64,000 nucleotides of DNA from Massalongia carnosa (taxonomy: Eukaryota). The position numbers and the translations under genes are program-made. How positions within the stretch are numbered: the first letter of the stretch is position 1; every line of letters begins with the position of its first letter. The notes beneath the pieces are model-generated. The model did no database searches. It saw nothing but the letters and a program-made list of their open reading frames with translations, and had not been told where the DNA came from. The stretch lies in the NCBI GenBank assembly GCA_965645245.1, contig OZ287069.1, positions 2,418,001 through 2,482,000 on the forward strand, given 5' to 3'. Below, piece after piece: positions 49,921-61,819 of the stretch.

Positions 49921-52900
49921 TCACATCAAACTGCTTCTACCCCCAATCTCGCTCCCCCCCTGTCCGCTCGGCATCTCCCCGTTCCTGCCCACGACGAATT
50001 CCCGATAAATACGGGCCAATCTACTCCGCTCGTCCACGCTAATGGAACTTCTTGTCGAAGCCAGAGAGGCTTTGATATGCTTCCATTGAACGATCACGGC
50101 GGGGTTCGCGTCACCGTCGTTGTCATCGATTCTATCCCCTCCCCGCTTTCTGTCTCCTTCAGGGCCTCTGGTGGCTTGGTGGAGGAGGGAATCTTCACCG
50201 CGACGTGCGTGCCGTTCTCGACGCTCGATTCTCTTGATTGCCTCGAGTTTGGCGGAAACCGAAGGTTGCTGGTGGGTAGGTGGTTGTGGACGGGGTATAG
50301 TGGATCCTGGGCTCTCTTCGCCGCCAAAGCGGAATTGAAGGGGTTCTTTTTGGGGCAAGTTTCGATGATCGAGTTTGTTCTCGATTTGGTTAGCCTTCTT
50401 CAAACCGGGTTTGTTCGAGTTCTTGTCATCCAGCAGGTCATGGATAGCTTTGAGATGGGCATTGTAGATGACCGCTTGCAGATCCGCCCCCGAATAGCCT
50501 TCGGTACACCGCGCGACTTCAAGAAGACTCTCCCGCGGATCTATAGCTCGAAGGAGATCAGGACTAAGATAAAGTTTCTTGCTCAGAGCTTGAAGAATAT
50601 CATGCCGATCGTCCAAATTGGGTAGATCACAGATCAATGATTTGTCTAGCCGGCCAGGTCTTAGCAGGGCAGGGTCAATGAGGTCAGGTCTCGAAGTAGC
50701 TGCAAGTACGTATACGCCCGACAGACCTTCTGCGCCATCCATCTGCGTCAAAAGTTGATTGACCACGCGGTCGGTGACACCAGTGGAATCATGCCCTCTT
50801 TTGGGCGCTATGCTGTCGAATTCATCAAAAAACAGCACACATGGCCTGGCGGCCTCTGCTCGTTGAAACAGATCCCTCACGCTCTTTTCGCTAGCTCCAA
50901 TGTACTTATTCAGGATCTCAGGGCCTTTTACACTGATGAAGTTAAGGCCACATTCTCCCGCTACTGCACTTGCCAACAGTGTTTTCCCGCACCCGGGGTA
51001 TCCATACAATAGTAGACCCGACCTGAGCCGTAGTGGGCACTGCGCGAAGATAGGAGCATATGCAGTTGGGTATTGCAGAGTCTCCAGAAGAGTCTTGCGA
51101 GTCTCAGAAAGGCCACCTATGGAATCGAACCTGGTCGTAGATGATTGCAATGTCACATTTCTCAAAGAAGCAGGGGTAAATCCTTTGAGCGCGCGTTGAA
51201 AGTCTTCTTTCCCTAGTCGAATGTGTGTCTCTTCATCCGAGTTTGGTAAGAGATCAACTAATCTTATTAAAGCCTCACTCCTTGCGCGGGAGACAAGAAG
51301 CACTAAATCTCCTGGCATATAGCCGTCAGTTTGTCCGGCGAGGTCAAGGAAGTCAAGGTTTGTATCAGTTTCAAATGTTCCAAATGCGGAAGAAGACTTG
51401 GGTGAATTTTTTGAAATAGATTCACCCATCCACGCGGCTTCGTCCTCGTGACTATCAGCTGGAATCCTGCCAAATGTGCCGACGCCATTGGATCCAGAAA
51501 TCTCATCCTGTCTGCCACGAACAAGCCCTTCAAGAAAATGGCGCCTACTATCCTTGTCAGGTGCCTTCAACTCAATAATCTCTCGCACTACGTGCCCCCT
51601 AGTAAGAACACTATTGAGGCCTTCTTTGCTCTGCGCTGTTGCAAGCAGCACAATACCTGAGTTTATACCACCATACTGATGCACCTTCGCGCAGAAGAGT
51701 TCGCTAATTTGTCGACTGCGGTCGTTATTTCCACCAACTTGCAATTCTGTTTCAGCAGGGCAAAGCTTATCAAAGTCATCCAGTATGACAACAGCACGCC
51801 CACCAAGCTGGGTCCCCCATGAAGCTGTCATTAGTAATCTATCAAGTGTCTCCTTGATACTTGAAACGCGTATATCGTCACTGACTAGTTTTGTGCATGA
51901 TAAGAAGGCAGCATGGAATAACGAGGTGGAGCGTAGCTTTTGCCCAAGTAAACGTGCCAGGGAGGTTTTACCAGATCCAAGTCCACCAGTCAAAAGTACA
52001 GAAGAGGAATGTAAAAGGATAGAAAACAACTGATCAATGAGTTTGGTGATACCAATCATTTGCGAAGCGTCAACTGACAGAAAATCATTTCTAGTCACCC
52101 CTGCTTCGAAGCTATGTAGTGGGTCTGTAATATCTTCTTGTACTTCAATGGATAAATCAATCTCATTCCCAAGGACCCAGCCCAAAGCATCGTTATCGCT
52201 ATTTCCAGCGCTCACAGGTGGAGGATCAAGTCGTATCAGGACTCCTTCCCAAGGATCTTTGGACACGTCTTTTTTCGGGTTCCTCAATACAAGACGATCA
52301 GTTATTGGACCATCTAAAACACATGTAAGGCTATGGCCTTTGGCGGCATAGTGACTTTTGATCATGCCAGCCATTGCTTGATGCTTATTTTTCGACTCTC
52401 CTCCAAACCTTAAGCCATCACCCCATTTGAGCCCACTAGCGTTGAACGGGAATAATTTCAGGGACCTTATTTCAGTCTTTGATAACCGCGGTGGTGCTGT
52501 TTCTATTCGGATAAGACCACCCACGATCCCTCTACATCCCAACGCAAAACTCAGGGTAGAAGAAAGTGAAATATGGCGTACATCAGGCGCATCGTCCCAA
52601 ACCGCTAATTCTGCCACTACCTTGACAGCAGGTTTGACAGTTCCACTTGCTTCTGAATCTCTAACCTTTTGCTGCTGCTGTGGATCCGCAGGCGAGCCAA
52701 GCGCGGGTGGCCGCACAACCGATACCTGAACCCATTTGAGTCCTCTCAACGGTTTATTCAATAAAATCTCTGGGTCTAGCCACACTTTAAGTCCAACATC
52801 CCGAGATGAAGGAGTGACATCATCGAAGAACTCATGAGAGGAAATTCTATCAACAGCGCGGAAAAAGAGAACCTCGCGGACAGATGAGCGCTTCTGTTCG

Positions 52901-53847
52901 CTACGCTGGTGGCTTATCCCTGGAGCACTTCTGCCTTCTAAGCTTCGTCGACTAGTACTAGCGATGCTTCGACTTTGGGTTCGACCCATCGGCGTCAACC
53001 GAGGTCGCATCTTTGGCGCGACGATGACTTCAGCCTCAGGGGCAATTTTGGCAAAAGGGGCTGAAGCCGGCAGCGCCGGAGCAAGCGAGATTACAGAGAT
53101 ATTTGCTGTTGAGGTTGGGGAAAGATGAAGGGTTAGGGGATGAACATAAGTGCCATCTGAAGTTTGAGGGTCGATAAACGAGGGATTAGGCAGAGCTCGG
53201 ATTTGTGAAAGTAGGTTGAGTTCCAGGAAAGTTGCGTGCAGCTCGATAACTAGATGAAAGTAAGGATTGAACATTTGAAGGGAACTTCAGGACCTTTACT
53301 CTCCCAATCAGCGGGTGTAAGCGGTTCTATATTGATCGTGTGGGCCACCGGAGGATCCAGGTGTAGCAGTATCCCAACCTTGATACCATTTGAGCTAGCT
53401 CGCAGAAGCATACAGACCCGTGCTAACCTTCTGACCTTCTATCAGACCCAGCGTCCGTCCAAAAGTTGTATCAAGTTCTACCACGGGGGATTCTGTCCTG
53501 TTTTCGGAAACGCTCTTTCTGCTATGGTTGTCCAAGGTAGATACCAATTTTTGTTGGCTTGGCATACCAGTCCATCCGACGAATATGGAAGAATAGGCCC
53601 CGTTCTTGACATCTCTTGATGTAGAGGTCGGTGGATTTGTCTTCTTATACTGCAGCTCAACGATGACATTTTGAACGGCCTACAAAACCAATGAGATATA
53701 TGTAGAGCTTAAGGCCGAGCGGCATGTGGAGAACCTTACTGTCTGTGTATTGAGCAACACGGCAACCAAAGACCGTGGTAAGTTTATCAGGCAGTTTTTT
53801 AATTGAATTAGTCCAACTTCTGCTTGACTTGGTGCCCTTGAACCCAT
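49921..53847 (-). CDS. PEX1: peroxisome biogenesis AAA ATPase Pex1, multi-exon
   Basis: N-terminal LKNCLINLP, AQNVIVELQY and EPLTPADWE motifs; D1 GGLGSGKT; D2 SGLLLYGYPGCGKT..FFDEFDSIAPKRGHDSTGVTDRVVNQLLTQMDGAEGL; C-terminal EIGGRSSLM. Confidence 0.95.
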
Positions 53848-54098
53848 ATTTCTAAAGGACTATTTCAGGAAGTATGGCTGCAACACTTGACCAGCCATCA
53901 GAAAGGGTAAGTCTCATTCCTCAAATACCTCTTTATATTTAAAGCAGTTTGTGAAGTTAACATAGGAATTCGGATGGTAAATGTAATCTTAGTCATTGCC
54001 GAGGTTGCGGCTTCTCGGGCCGTTGGTTATTTACCTGCTCCGATGGTACGGACATGACGCCGATATAGTTCCCGGTCTCAATTGCTCAAAGCTAAACT

Positions 54099-54126
54099 AC
54101 GCGTGAACGCGTTCACTATGGCGCGT
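54099..54126. promoter_or_regulatory. MluI cell-cycle boxes (MCB) in the PEX1/MCM7 divergent promoter
   Basis: ACGCGT at 54099-54104 and 54107-54112 plus GCGCGT at 54121-54126, ~120-150 bp upstream of the MCM7 ATG. Confidence 0.7.
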
Positions 54127-54245
54127 CGTGTTGACTTCCGAAGCATTTTACTCTGTACTTCTAGCTCAACTCATTCTTTGCTATAATTTCCCTTGTGCTT
54201 AGTCGAGGTTCTGTTCAACTAACTTTTTTGTCATTCGGTTATATC

Positions 54246-56909
54246 ATGGCTCTACTCACTTTTAAGGCAATGGCAGATTACGCCGCACAGCAGAGTATGC
54301 AGGCAAAGTTCTAACGTTGAGTATTGAGACTCGCTAAACTAAAGCCATCATCTAGGCGCATTCGAAGACTTCCTGACAAGCTATGAGTCCACTGTCTCCG
54401 ATCTAGACGCAGTTGCGACAGACGCGCTGGAGGGTCTGAACATCGACGAAGATGGTCTGAGCGACGAATATGTCATTGTGGATGACGGGCAGAATGGAAA
54501 GGGGTTTCTTCAAAAGCCCGATCAATATGGTGACCCAAAGAAAAAATACATGCACATGCTACAGAAGGTGGCGGATCGGCAAATATCGGAAGTGACGATA
54601 GAACTAGACGACCTTAAGCATGTTCGTCTATCCCTCAGAGGAAGAAAGTAGACCGTATTATGATTAATAACTTCATTCTAGTATGAGCAGCATTTCGCAG
54701 AAGATATGAGACTTCAATTAGTTGAGTCGATCGAGCGAAATGCTAAGCATTACATCGATATTTTCTCCCAAGCCGTTGACAAAGTGATGCCAAAAGAAAC
54801 TAAGGAAATTTCGTGAGACTTGAAGGATAGGGTTTCCAAGCATCTGCTAACAATCCTTAGGTTCAAAGATGATGTGTTGGACATCATCATGTCCCAACGG
54901 GAGAAACGAAATGAGACAATGACCCTTGCGGCGGATAGTGAAATCGATCTTTCTCAGCCAGAATCTCTTTTCCCTGCCGAGCTCACACGACGTTATACCC
55001 TTACCTTCAAGCCAGTCACACCGTCAAATTCGACTGGTGACCGCAACCAAAAAGCGCTGGCTGTTCGAAATGTACGAGGCGAGCATTTGGGGCATTTGAT
55101 TACGGTGCGCGGCATCACAACCCGAGTTTCCGATGTCAAGCCATCCGTCCAGGTAAATGCGTACACCTGTGATCGCTGCGGATGCGAGATATTTCAGCCT
55201 GTCACGGCGAAGCAGTTTACCCCTATGGTTGAATGCCCTTCGGAAGAATGCAAAAGCAACAATTCAAAGGGCCAATTATTCTTGTCAACCCGAGCGTCGA
55301 AATTCTTACCGTTCCAAGAGGTCAAGATTCAAGAAATGGCTGACCAGGTTCCGGTTGGCCATATCCCCCGAACTTTGACCATACACTGCCATGGAACTTT
55401 AACAAGACAGATCAATCCCGGTGATGTCGTTGATGTGGCAGGCATCTTTCTACCCACTCCATATACAGGTTTCAAAGCCATACGGGCAGGCCTGCTGACA
55501 GATACCTATCTTGAAGCCCAGCATGTTAATCAACATAAGAAAGCCTATGACGACTTGGTCTTTGATGCAAAAACGTTCAGGAGGATAGAACAATACAAAA
55601 ATTCAGGACATATGTACGAATATTTGTCGAGATCAATCGCTCCTGAGATCTATGGTCATTTGGATGTAAAGAAAGCACTTCTTCTCCTTCTAATTGGCGG
55701 TGTCACGAAAGAGATGGGCGATGGCATGCGAATACGAGGAGACATTAATATCTGCCTAATGGGCGATCCCGGTGTTGCTAAGTCGCAGCTTCTTAAGTAC
55801 ATTACGAAAGTGGCACCTCGGGGTGTCTACACTACGGGACGTGGCAGCAGCGGTGTAGGGCTAACGGCGGCTGTCATGCGTGACCCTGTCACCGATGAAA
55901 TGGTCTTAGAAGGAGGAGCTCTAGTTCTAGCAGATAATGGCATTTGTTGCATCGATGAGTTTGACAAGATGGACGATGGTGACCGGACAGCTATTCACGA
56001 AGTCATGGAACAGCAGACCATCTCCATTTCGAAAGCTGGCATCACCACTTCTCTCAACGCTCGTACATCAATTCTTGCGGCCGCCAATCCGCTTTACGGC
56101 CGATACAACCCACGCATATCTCCTGTCGAAAATATTAATCTTCCCGCCGCGTTGCTGTCCCGGTTTGATATTTTGTTTCTGATGCTTGACCAGCCTAGCC
56201 GTGAATCCGACGAGGAGCTCGCTCAGCATGTTACTTACGTTCACATGAACAACAAGCATCCCGAAACCGAGGGAGTTGTCTTCACACCACACGAGGTGCG
56301 CCAGTATATCGCACAAGCTCGTAGTTGGAGGCCCACGGTTCCCCAAGACGTCTCTGAGTATATGGTAGGTGCCTATGTGCGAATGCGCCAGCAACAAAAG
56401 AAAGACGAAGGAGGAAAGAAGCAGTTTACTCACACGTCAGCCCGAACGCTTTTAGGAATCCTGCGTCTCTCACAGGCATTAGCTCGGCTACGCTTTTCCC
56501 CTCAGGTAGTCACCGACGACGTGGACGAGGCTTTACGATTAATTGAGGTTAGCAAAGCAAGTTTATACACTGAATCTCGTGGTGAAGCCGATCAAAGTCC
56601 CAGCAGCAAAATCTACAATCTCATCCGGGCGATGAACGAAAGTGGAGCTGCGGCTGTTGGAGATGGGAGCAGAGGCGAGATGAGCATCAAAAAGGTTCGA
56701 GAGCGGATCATTGCTAAGGGATTCACGGAGGACCAGTTTAGTTCCGCGTTGGATGAATACTCTTTGTTAGACGTGAGTTCCATTGTCTTTGGAATTATCA
56801 GAATATTACTAATGCAGGTTATGGGTAGATTTGGCAAATTGCGGCCGAAGGGACCCGGCTTGTTTTCATTGAGTCTGGGGACATGGACGTTGATATGGAG
56901 GATGAATGA
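54246..56909 (+). CDS. MCM7: DNA replication licensing factor Mcm7, multi-exon
   Basis: [22 protein letters not shown] zinc finger, [45 protein letters not shown]; last exon [15 protein letters not shown]. Confidence 0.96.
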
Positions 56910-57471
56910 GTTTAAACAGGCCATATTCCGCGTGGCGTCCTGGGTTTCATGATGGCTTGGAACTGTGTACTGGAATATATCCCGGCGTATTTGCAGCGAG
57001 AATCGTCCCGTTCATTTAATGAGTTCTGAAAATTTCACCCTTTCAAGAGTTTCCTTGCCTTGTGAGGGGAAAGGGGGTGCTGAAAGGACCTTTGAAGCTT
57101 GCATCATTACCTCAGACTGCCCGGCTAAGCCTCTTCGGGTTAATAGGCTGACTACGTAGCACATCTGTAGCAAGTCTTGAGCTAAAACTCGTAGTTATGT
57201 TAGTCAGCTGAGACGCTAATCCGAAGGAGTTTAGCGAAGTAGGCTAACCTGGAGGGGCTTAGACGGCTCGTAGAGTCTAAGGTACTAAAGTAATATGACG
57301 TTACGTTCGATTGACAGAACAATGACCTCTTAAGGCAGAAGGCAGTTATATTGAATCGCTTGGATCATTTCATGTTTACTTACCCTCTCAAGTAGCCCAA
57401 CCACATCGAAACTTTCCCGAGAAAACCGGCGTACATTTCCCCCACAAAGCAATAGGATAGCCTCAAGCAAC

Positions 57472-58690
57472 ATGCGGGACACTGGCTTTCACCCATTCAA
57501 AGGCAAAGTCAGCAAGCGTTTATCGGGTACGGTACGAGTCTCCGAGTCAGTTGATACTCCCATGAGCACCGATATTACTGCGGCGCCTGGTTTCGGGCAC
57601 ATTCTTCAGTTCTAACTTACTTGGTGTGAAGATGAGCCCTGATGATGCGTACTTGAGCTGTATGTCATGGCCTTGGACATCCAATGGCGGTGGGCTGACT
57701 CTTGGCAGATCATGATATACGATGTTAGCGCGCCGAGCCCATATAAATTACACACCAGCGGGCTGAGACTGAGGATTTGTAGTAACGAAGGAGGACGTGG
57801 ATACGCTCAAGGATGACTGGTTGACGGACAATGTACCTGCATAAAATCAATCCACCTATTTTAGTCAAGCTGACCTTGATGTTTAGAGTATAGCATTTTG
57901 GGAGGAGTAAGTAAAATGAACAGTTCCTAGGAAGCCCAGGGCTCGGGAAACCACAGCATCCATTGAGACCCATAAAACCCATCGAAATAAAAAACTTATA
58001 TGATTCATAGATACCTTGAACGCGAGCACCTTAGCCGCTACAAGGGCGCCCACATCGTTCTCCTCCGCCCTTCTATGTCCTTCATGCTAATTCAAACCCC
58101 CAATCCCCTAACCTTGCGTGATGCCCTCCCGGACTTTTCCCAAACAACGCATATCTTCCTCCCCATCAACGACTGCCGCAATGTCGAAATTGCCGAAGGC
58201 GGCACCCACTGGTCGTTGCTTGTTGTCAGCGCCGTCGACGGCGTCGCATTCCACTACGACTCCCTCAGCCCGGCCAACCGGCCTGAGGCCAACATGGCCT
58301 CCCACAAGATTGGCCAGATGCTCGGAAAACAGTTGGAGTTTATAGATCTGCCGGATTCCCCACAGCAGGAGAACTCAAGCGATTGCGGCGTGTTCGTGTG
58401 CATTCAGATGCGTCACTTACTGCTGAAGCGGCTGCTGCGGGCTGACGTGCAGCATAAGATTAATATGAGTATGGGGGGGAGGGGCGTGGATGCGGTAGCG
58501 GGAAGGAAGGAGATTTTACGGATCATCGAGGCTTTCAGGAAAGAGGGGGAGAGACGAAGATCGTGAGACATTGCCTATTCCATATTGTCGGGCCAGCCGA
58601 GGGCGGATGCTGATGAAAATACCTAGGAGAAGCACGAGTCCGTTTAAGAACGGAAACACCGGGTCCAGAAGCCCTCCGAGGATCGAGTGA
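57472..58690 (+). CDS. NEDD8-specific Ulp1-family protease (DEN1/SENP8-like), seven exons including micro-exons
   Basis: The spliced product reads PDDAYLSYHDIRLTKEDVDTLKDDWLTDNSIAFWEEYLE..LLRPSMSF..FLPIND..GGTHWSLL..HYDSL..PQQENSSDCGVFVC. Confidence 0.9.
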
Positions 58691-59374
58691 TACCCGAGCT
58701 TCATGCCCCGCGCCGTTTCATTTTAATTTTCTGCTTGTATAGCTTCGGCGTTCCGTGTCCTTGTCTTCATCGTCTTGCTTTCTCACAGAATTTTGCCCGG
58801 TGGCTTTCAAAACAATAGGGTTTTTGTATGCAGCCCCGCTCATAGAGCTTCACCCCCTAAAAAGAAGCCTTGCTTAGAAAGCCGAGGTTTTCTCATTCAG
58901 GACATACACGTCCACATTCATGAAATTCACTTGAGATAATTTCACGCCAGAAATAGCCCTCGCTCCAAAGCTCATAAAATAATTCACATTTGCATTGAAT
59001 CCCATTCTCCCCTCACTAAAAAAAACTCCCAGAAAATTAACTTCAATTCTCTATAACTAACTAGTTTCCTTTCAATGACCATTAATCACACCTCATTTCA
59101 AACGGTTCCTCTCTCTATATATTTCTCTCTCCCTTTCTTCAAGTCCCAATTTCTTACTCCCGTTTTCCAAGATTTTCTAGCAGACAGAAAAGGTCCAAAC
59201 GGAAAATGAAAGAAATTCAGGCAAGAAAACAAAGAATAAGAGAGGGGGAATGGTCGGATGGACTTGCATGCATCATGACAAGGCAGGGAGGGAGGCTATC
59301 ATGCTGACTACCTGTCTCGCTCGTTCGCTAGCAAGCTGTTAGGCTAGGCTAGGTACCTAGAAAGAGAAAGAAAA

Positions 59375-59400
59375 AGAGAGAGAGAGAGAGAGAGACAGAG
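59375..59400. repeat. (AG)n microsatellite
   Basis: Read directly from the sequence. Confidence 0.85.
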
Positions 59401-59879
59401 AAGCAGATAAAGAGGAAGAGAAAGTAAAGATAAAATGGATATCTAGATAAGTGGGTAATCAGGGAAGGTAAATGGGAGCGGGAGGGGAACGAGGGGAAAC
59501 GAATGGATGATAGGATAGAAGAGAAGGATTGGGAGTGGGGGGATTACAACGAGGTTGTTTACAGCAGCGGAAATGGAAATGAGGCGAAGGGTGGGGGAAT
59601 GTATATATATTTTTAGAACTTGTGAGTTCTTGGGGTTTTCGTTCCTAGGTTTCGGGGATCTGGGTCTTTACTTTAGCTAAGAAGTTGGGTAAGTGATGAA
59701 ATATTCTGCGAGCAGGTTCTTTGTTAGTCACGATCGCTTTGTTTTTTTTTTGGTATTTTGGGCTCGCCCTTTTTTCCCTCTTCAATTTGTCGGACCCAGG
59801 ATCCCTTCTCTTATAGCCCCTTTGAAAGATATCCTGCAAACCCAAGCCCTTCTCTAAGCTAGAAGCAACCTATCCTATC

Positions 59880-60521
59880 CTACCTAACCCATCCTCTCCC
59901 TACCCATCTTATTCCATCGCTAATAGTAAACGTCGCCATGCCAAACTCATTTTCCATCATGAAGTCATAGACCGCGGTCAGCGCCTGCCCAACCACCCTC
60001 CACGTCAACTCGCCCCTGTCGGAGGGAGATGGTCATGCCCGCTTCATGCTGCTCCGGTCCATAATGTTAAAGTCCGTTGGGGACGAGGCCGTCACCCACG
60101 GACGCAATGTAATGCAATACAGCGCCGGAGGCTTCATTCAGCGCGAGGGCGAGCTCCGTGGGGCCGCGGCTGACGAGCTGTGTGACTATTTCGATAACAA
60201 CGAAAGTTACGGATTGACACACATTGAAGGCGGGTATTGGTGAACGCCCGGGGACTGAGGGGCGGGGATGTTGCGGTGTTACTAGCAAGAGATAAGCCAA
60301 GGAGTTTGCTGGTAGGCAAGGAGAGAGGAAGTAGGGGATGTAGTAGACTAACAGGTCTATACGATCTCGGGGTGAGGCAAAGTAACTTTAGGGAGGAGGA
60401 ATTGAAGTTTGTTTTGGGCGAAAAGGTAGGCGGGGTCTGTTAACGACAAAGGGAGGGTATTCGGAAATGGGACCATGTAGACGGCAAGGCGCATAAGGGA
60501 AAAGGTAGCCAATGCTCGCAT
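59880..60521 (-). pseudogene. decayed small secreted-type protein gene
   Basis: Hydrophobic N-terminus and a probable intron at ~60283-60353. The coding-like segment LHYIASVGDGLVP..ELTWRVVGQALTAVYDFMMENEFGMATFTISDGIRWVGRG is broken by TAG/TAA stops and a frameshift. Confidence 0.45.
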
Positions 60522-61819
60522 TTTTCATTTAAGTTTAGCGAGACGATCGGTTCGAGTTAAGAGAGATGAAAAGAGTAAGATGATGCTTTGTATACCTTAA
60601 AACAAGGGGTAATACAGCGCTGCGTTGACAAACTAGGAATAGGAAGTACTTTCGACCAAAAAAATGATACTCAACTTTGAGTTCTTTCCAAGGGCCAGAC
60701 AAGTCAAGTCTTCGTACAGTTTTTGACATCATACGTCCGGCTCCTTGCATACCTTGGGGTCCAATATACGAGATACACACTTTGTTTCGACCGAGGTACT
60801 CATCTTAGAGAGTAGCATAAACTTTAACGTCGAAAATCTCCGCTATTTTTGAGTTTCACATGTTTCACTGCTTTGGAAGGGCACACTGTATCGATAAGAA
60901 GCAAAATCGGTGTCGGTTGACAGCGATTCGCATCCTGCAAGATACGAGTATTGCGGGCGATTGCGGGTAAAACATACTGTTTGGTCATACGGATATACCT
61001 GGTAAGTCCTGTGCGACATCGTAGGAAACATTAGGCCCCAGAGTGATCTGGAAGCTTATCTATTAAGATATACATACTAACATCGTTAGTTTCGGATTGA
61101 CCTATCGATAACTATGTGTAGGACAAAGCGCTTCAGAACACCGCCACATGTTCGACCAATAGTGTTGTATAGCAGAATATTAGTTTCTTTTGCTTTGTTG
61201 ACCATTGAGCGAAAAGTGAGTAATGCCCATGGCATCAGCATTTGAAAGTAGACCAGGCGTTTGCAGCTTATGGAAAGATTAGGTAGCAACCGGCGACCAC
61301 CCAATGCCATTTAAACAAGAACCACTTCACCAGCGTGAGTATTTTCAGTTGTAAACCCACGGAAACAAAAGAAAAAGAAGGCTTATATGTTCATATGTAC
61401 TTTGTAAGCGTGGAACGTAAGAGCCAGATTAGGCTAAGGAAAAGGGGCCGGAAACGAGAGTTTGCCCATTTTCTCTGTATCTTCTAGTGTCAGAACTTCT
61501 GTCTAGGCGCTGTAAGTGGCGCTCTTTATGGTGAGAGCTACTAACTATGTTCTCAAAACCTTACCGTATTCGCGCCAATTACTTTTAATCCCATCTTCTT
61601 CCTCTCCATGGCTAAAGGAATCTGTTAGCAAACGCACAAATTTCCCAAAGGCTTATATATGAAGCCTCTGAAACACTTGCTTACCAAAGATTGTCCTACG
61701 TATGCCCAAATGTTTCTTTGCAAATAGGAAAGAGAACTTAAGGGAAGAGAGTTAAAGAGAAACTCGAGCAGCCGCTTTCTTTTGGGGGTCGCATCGGCTC
61801 TGACAGCAAGACCTAAGCA

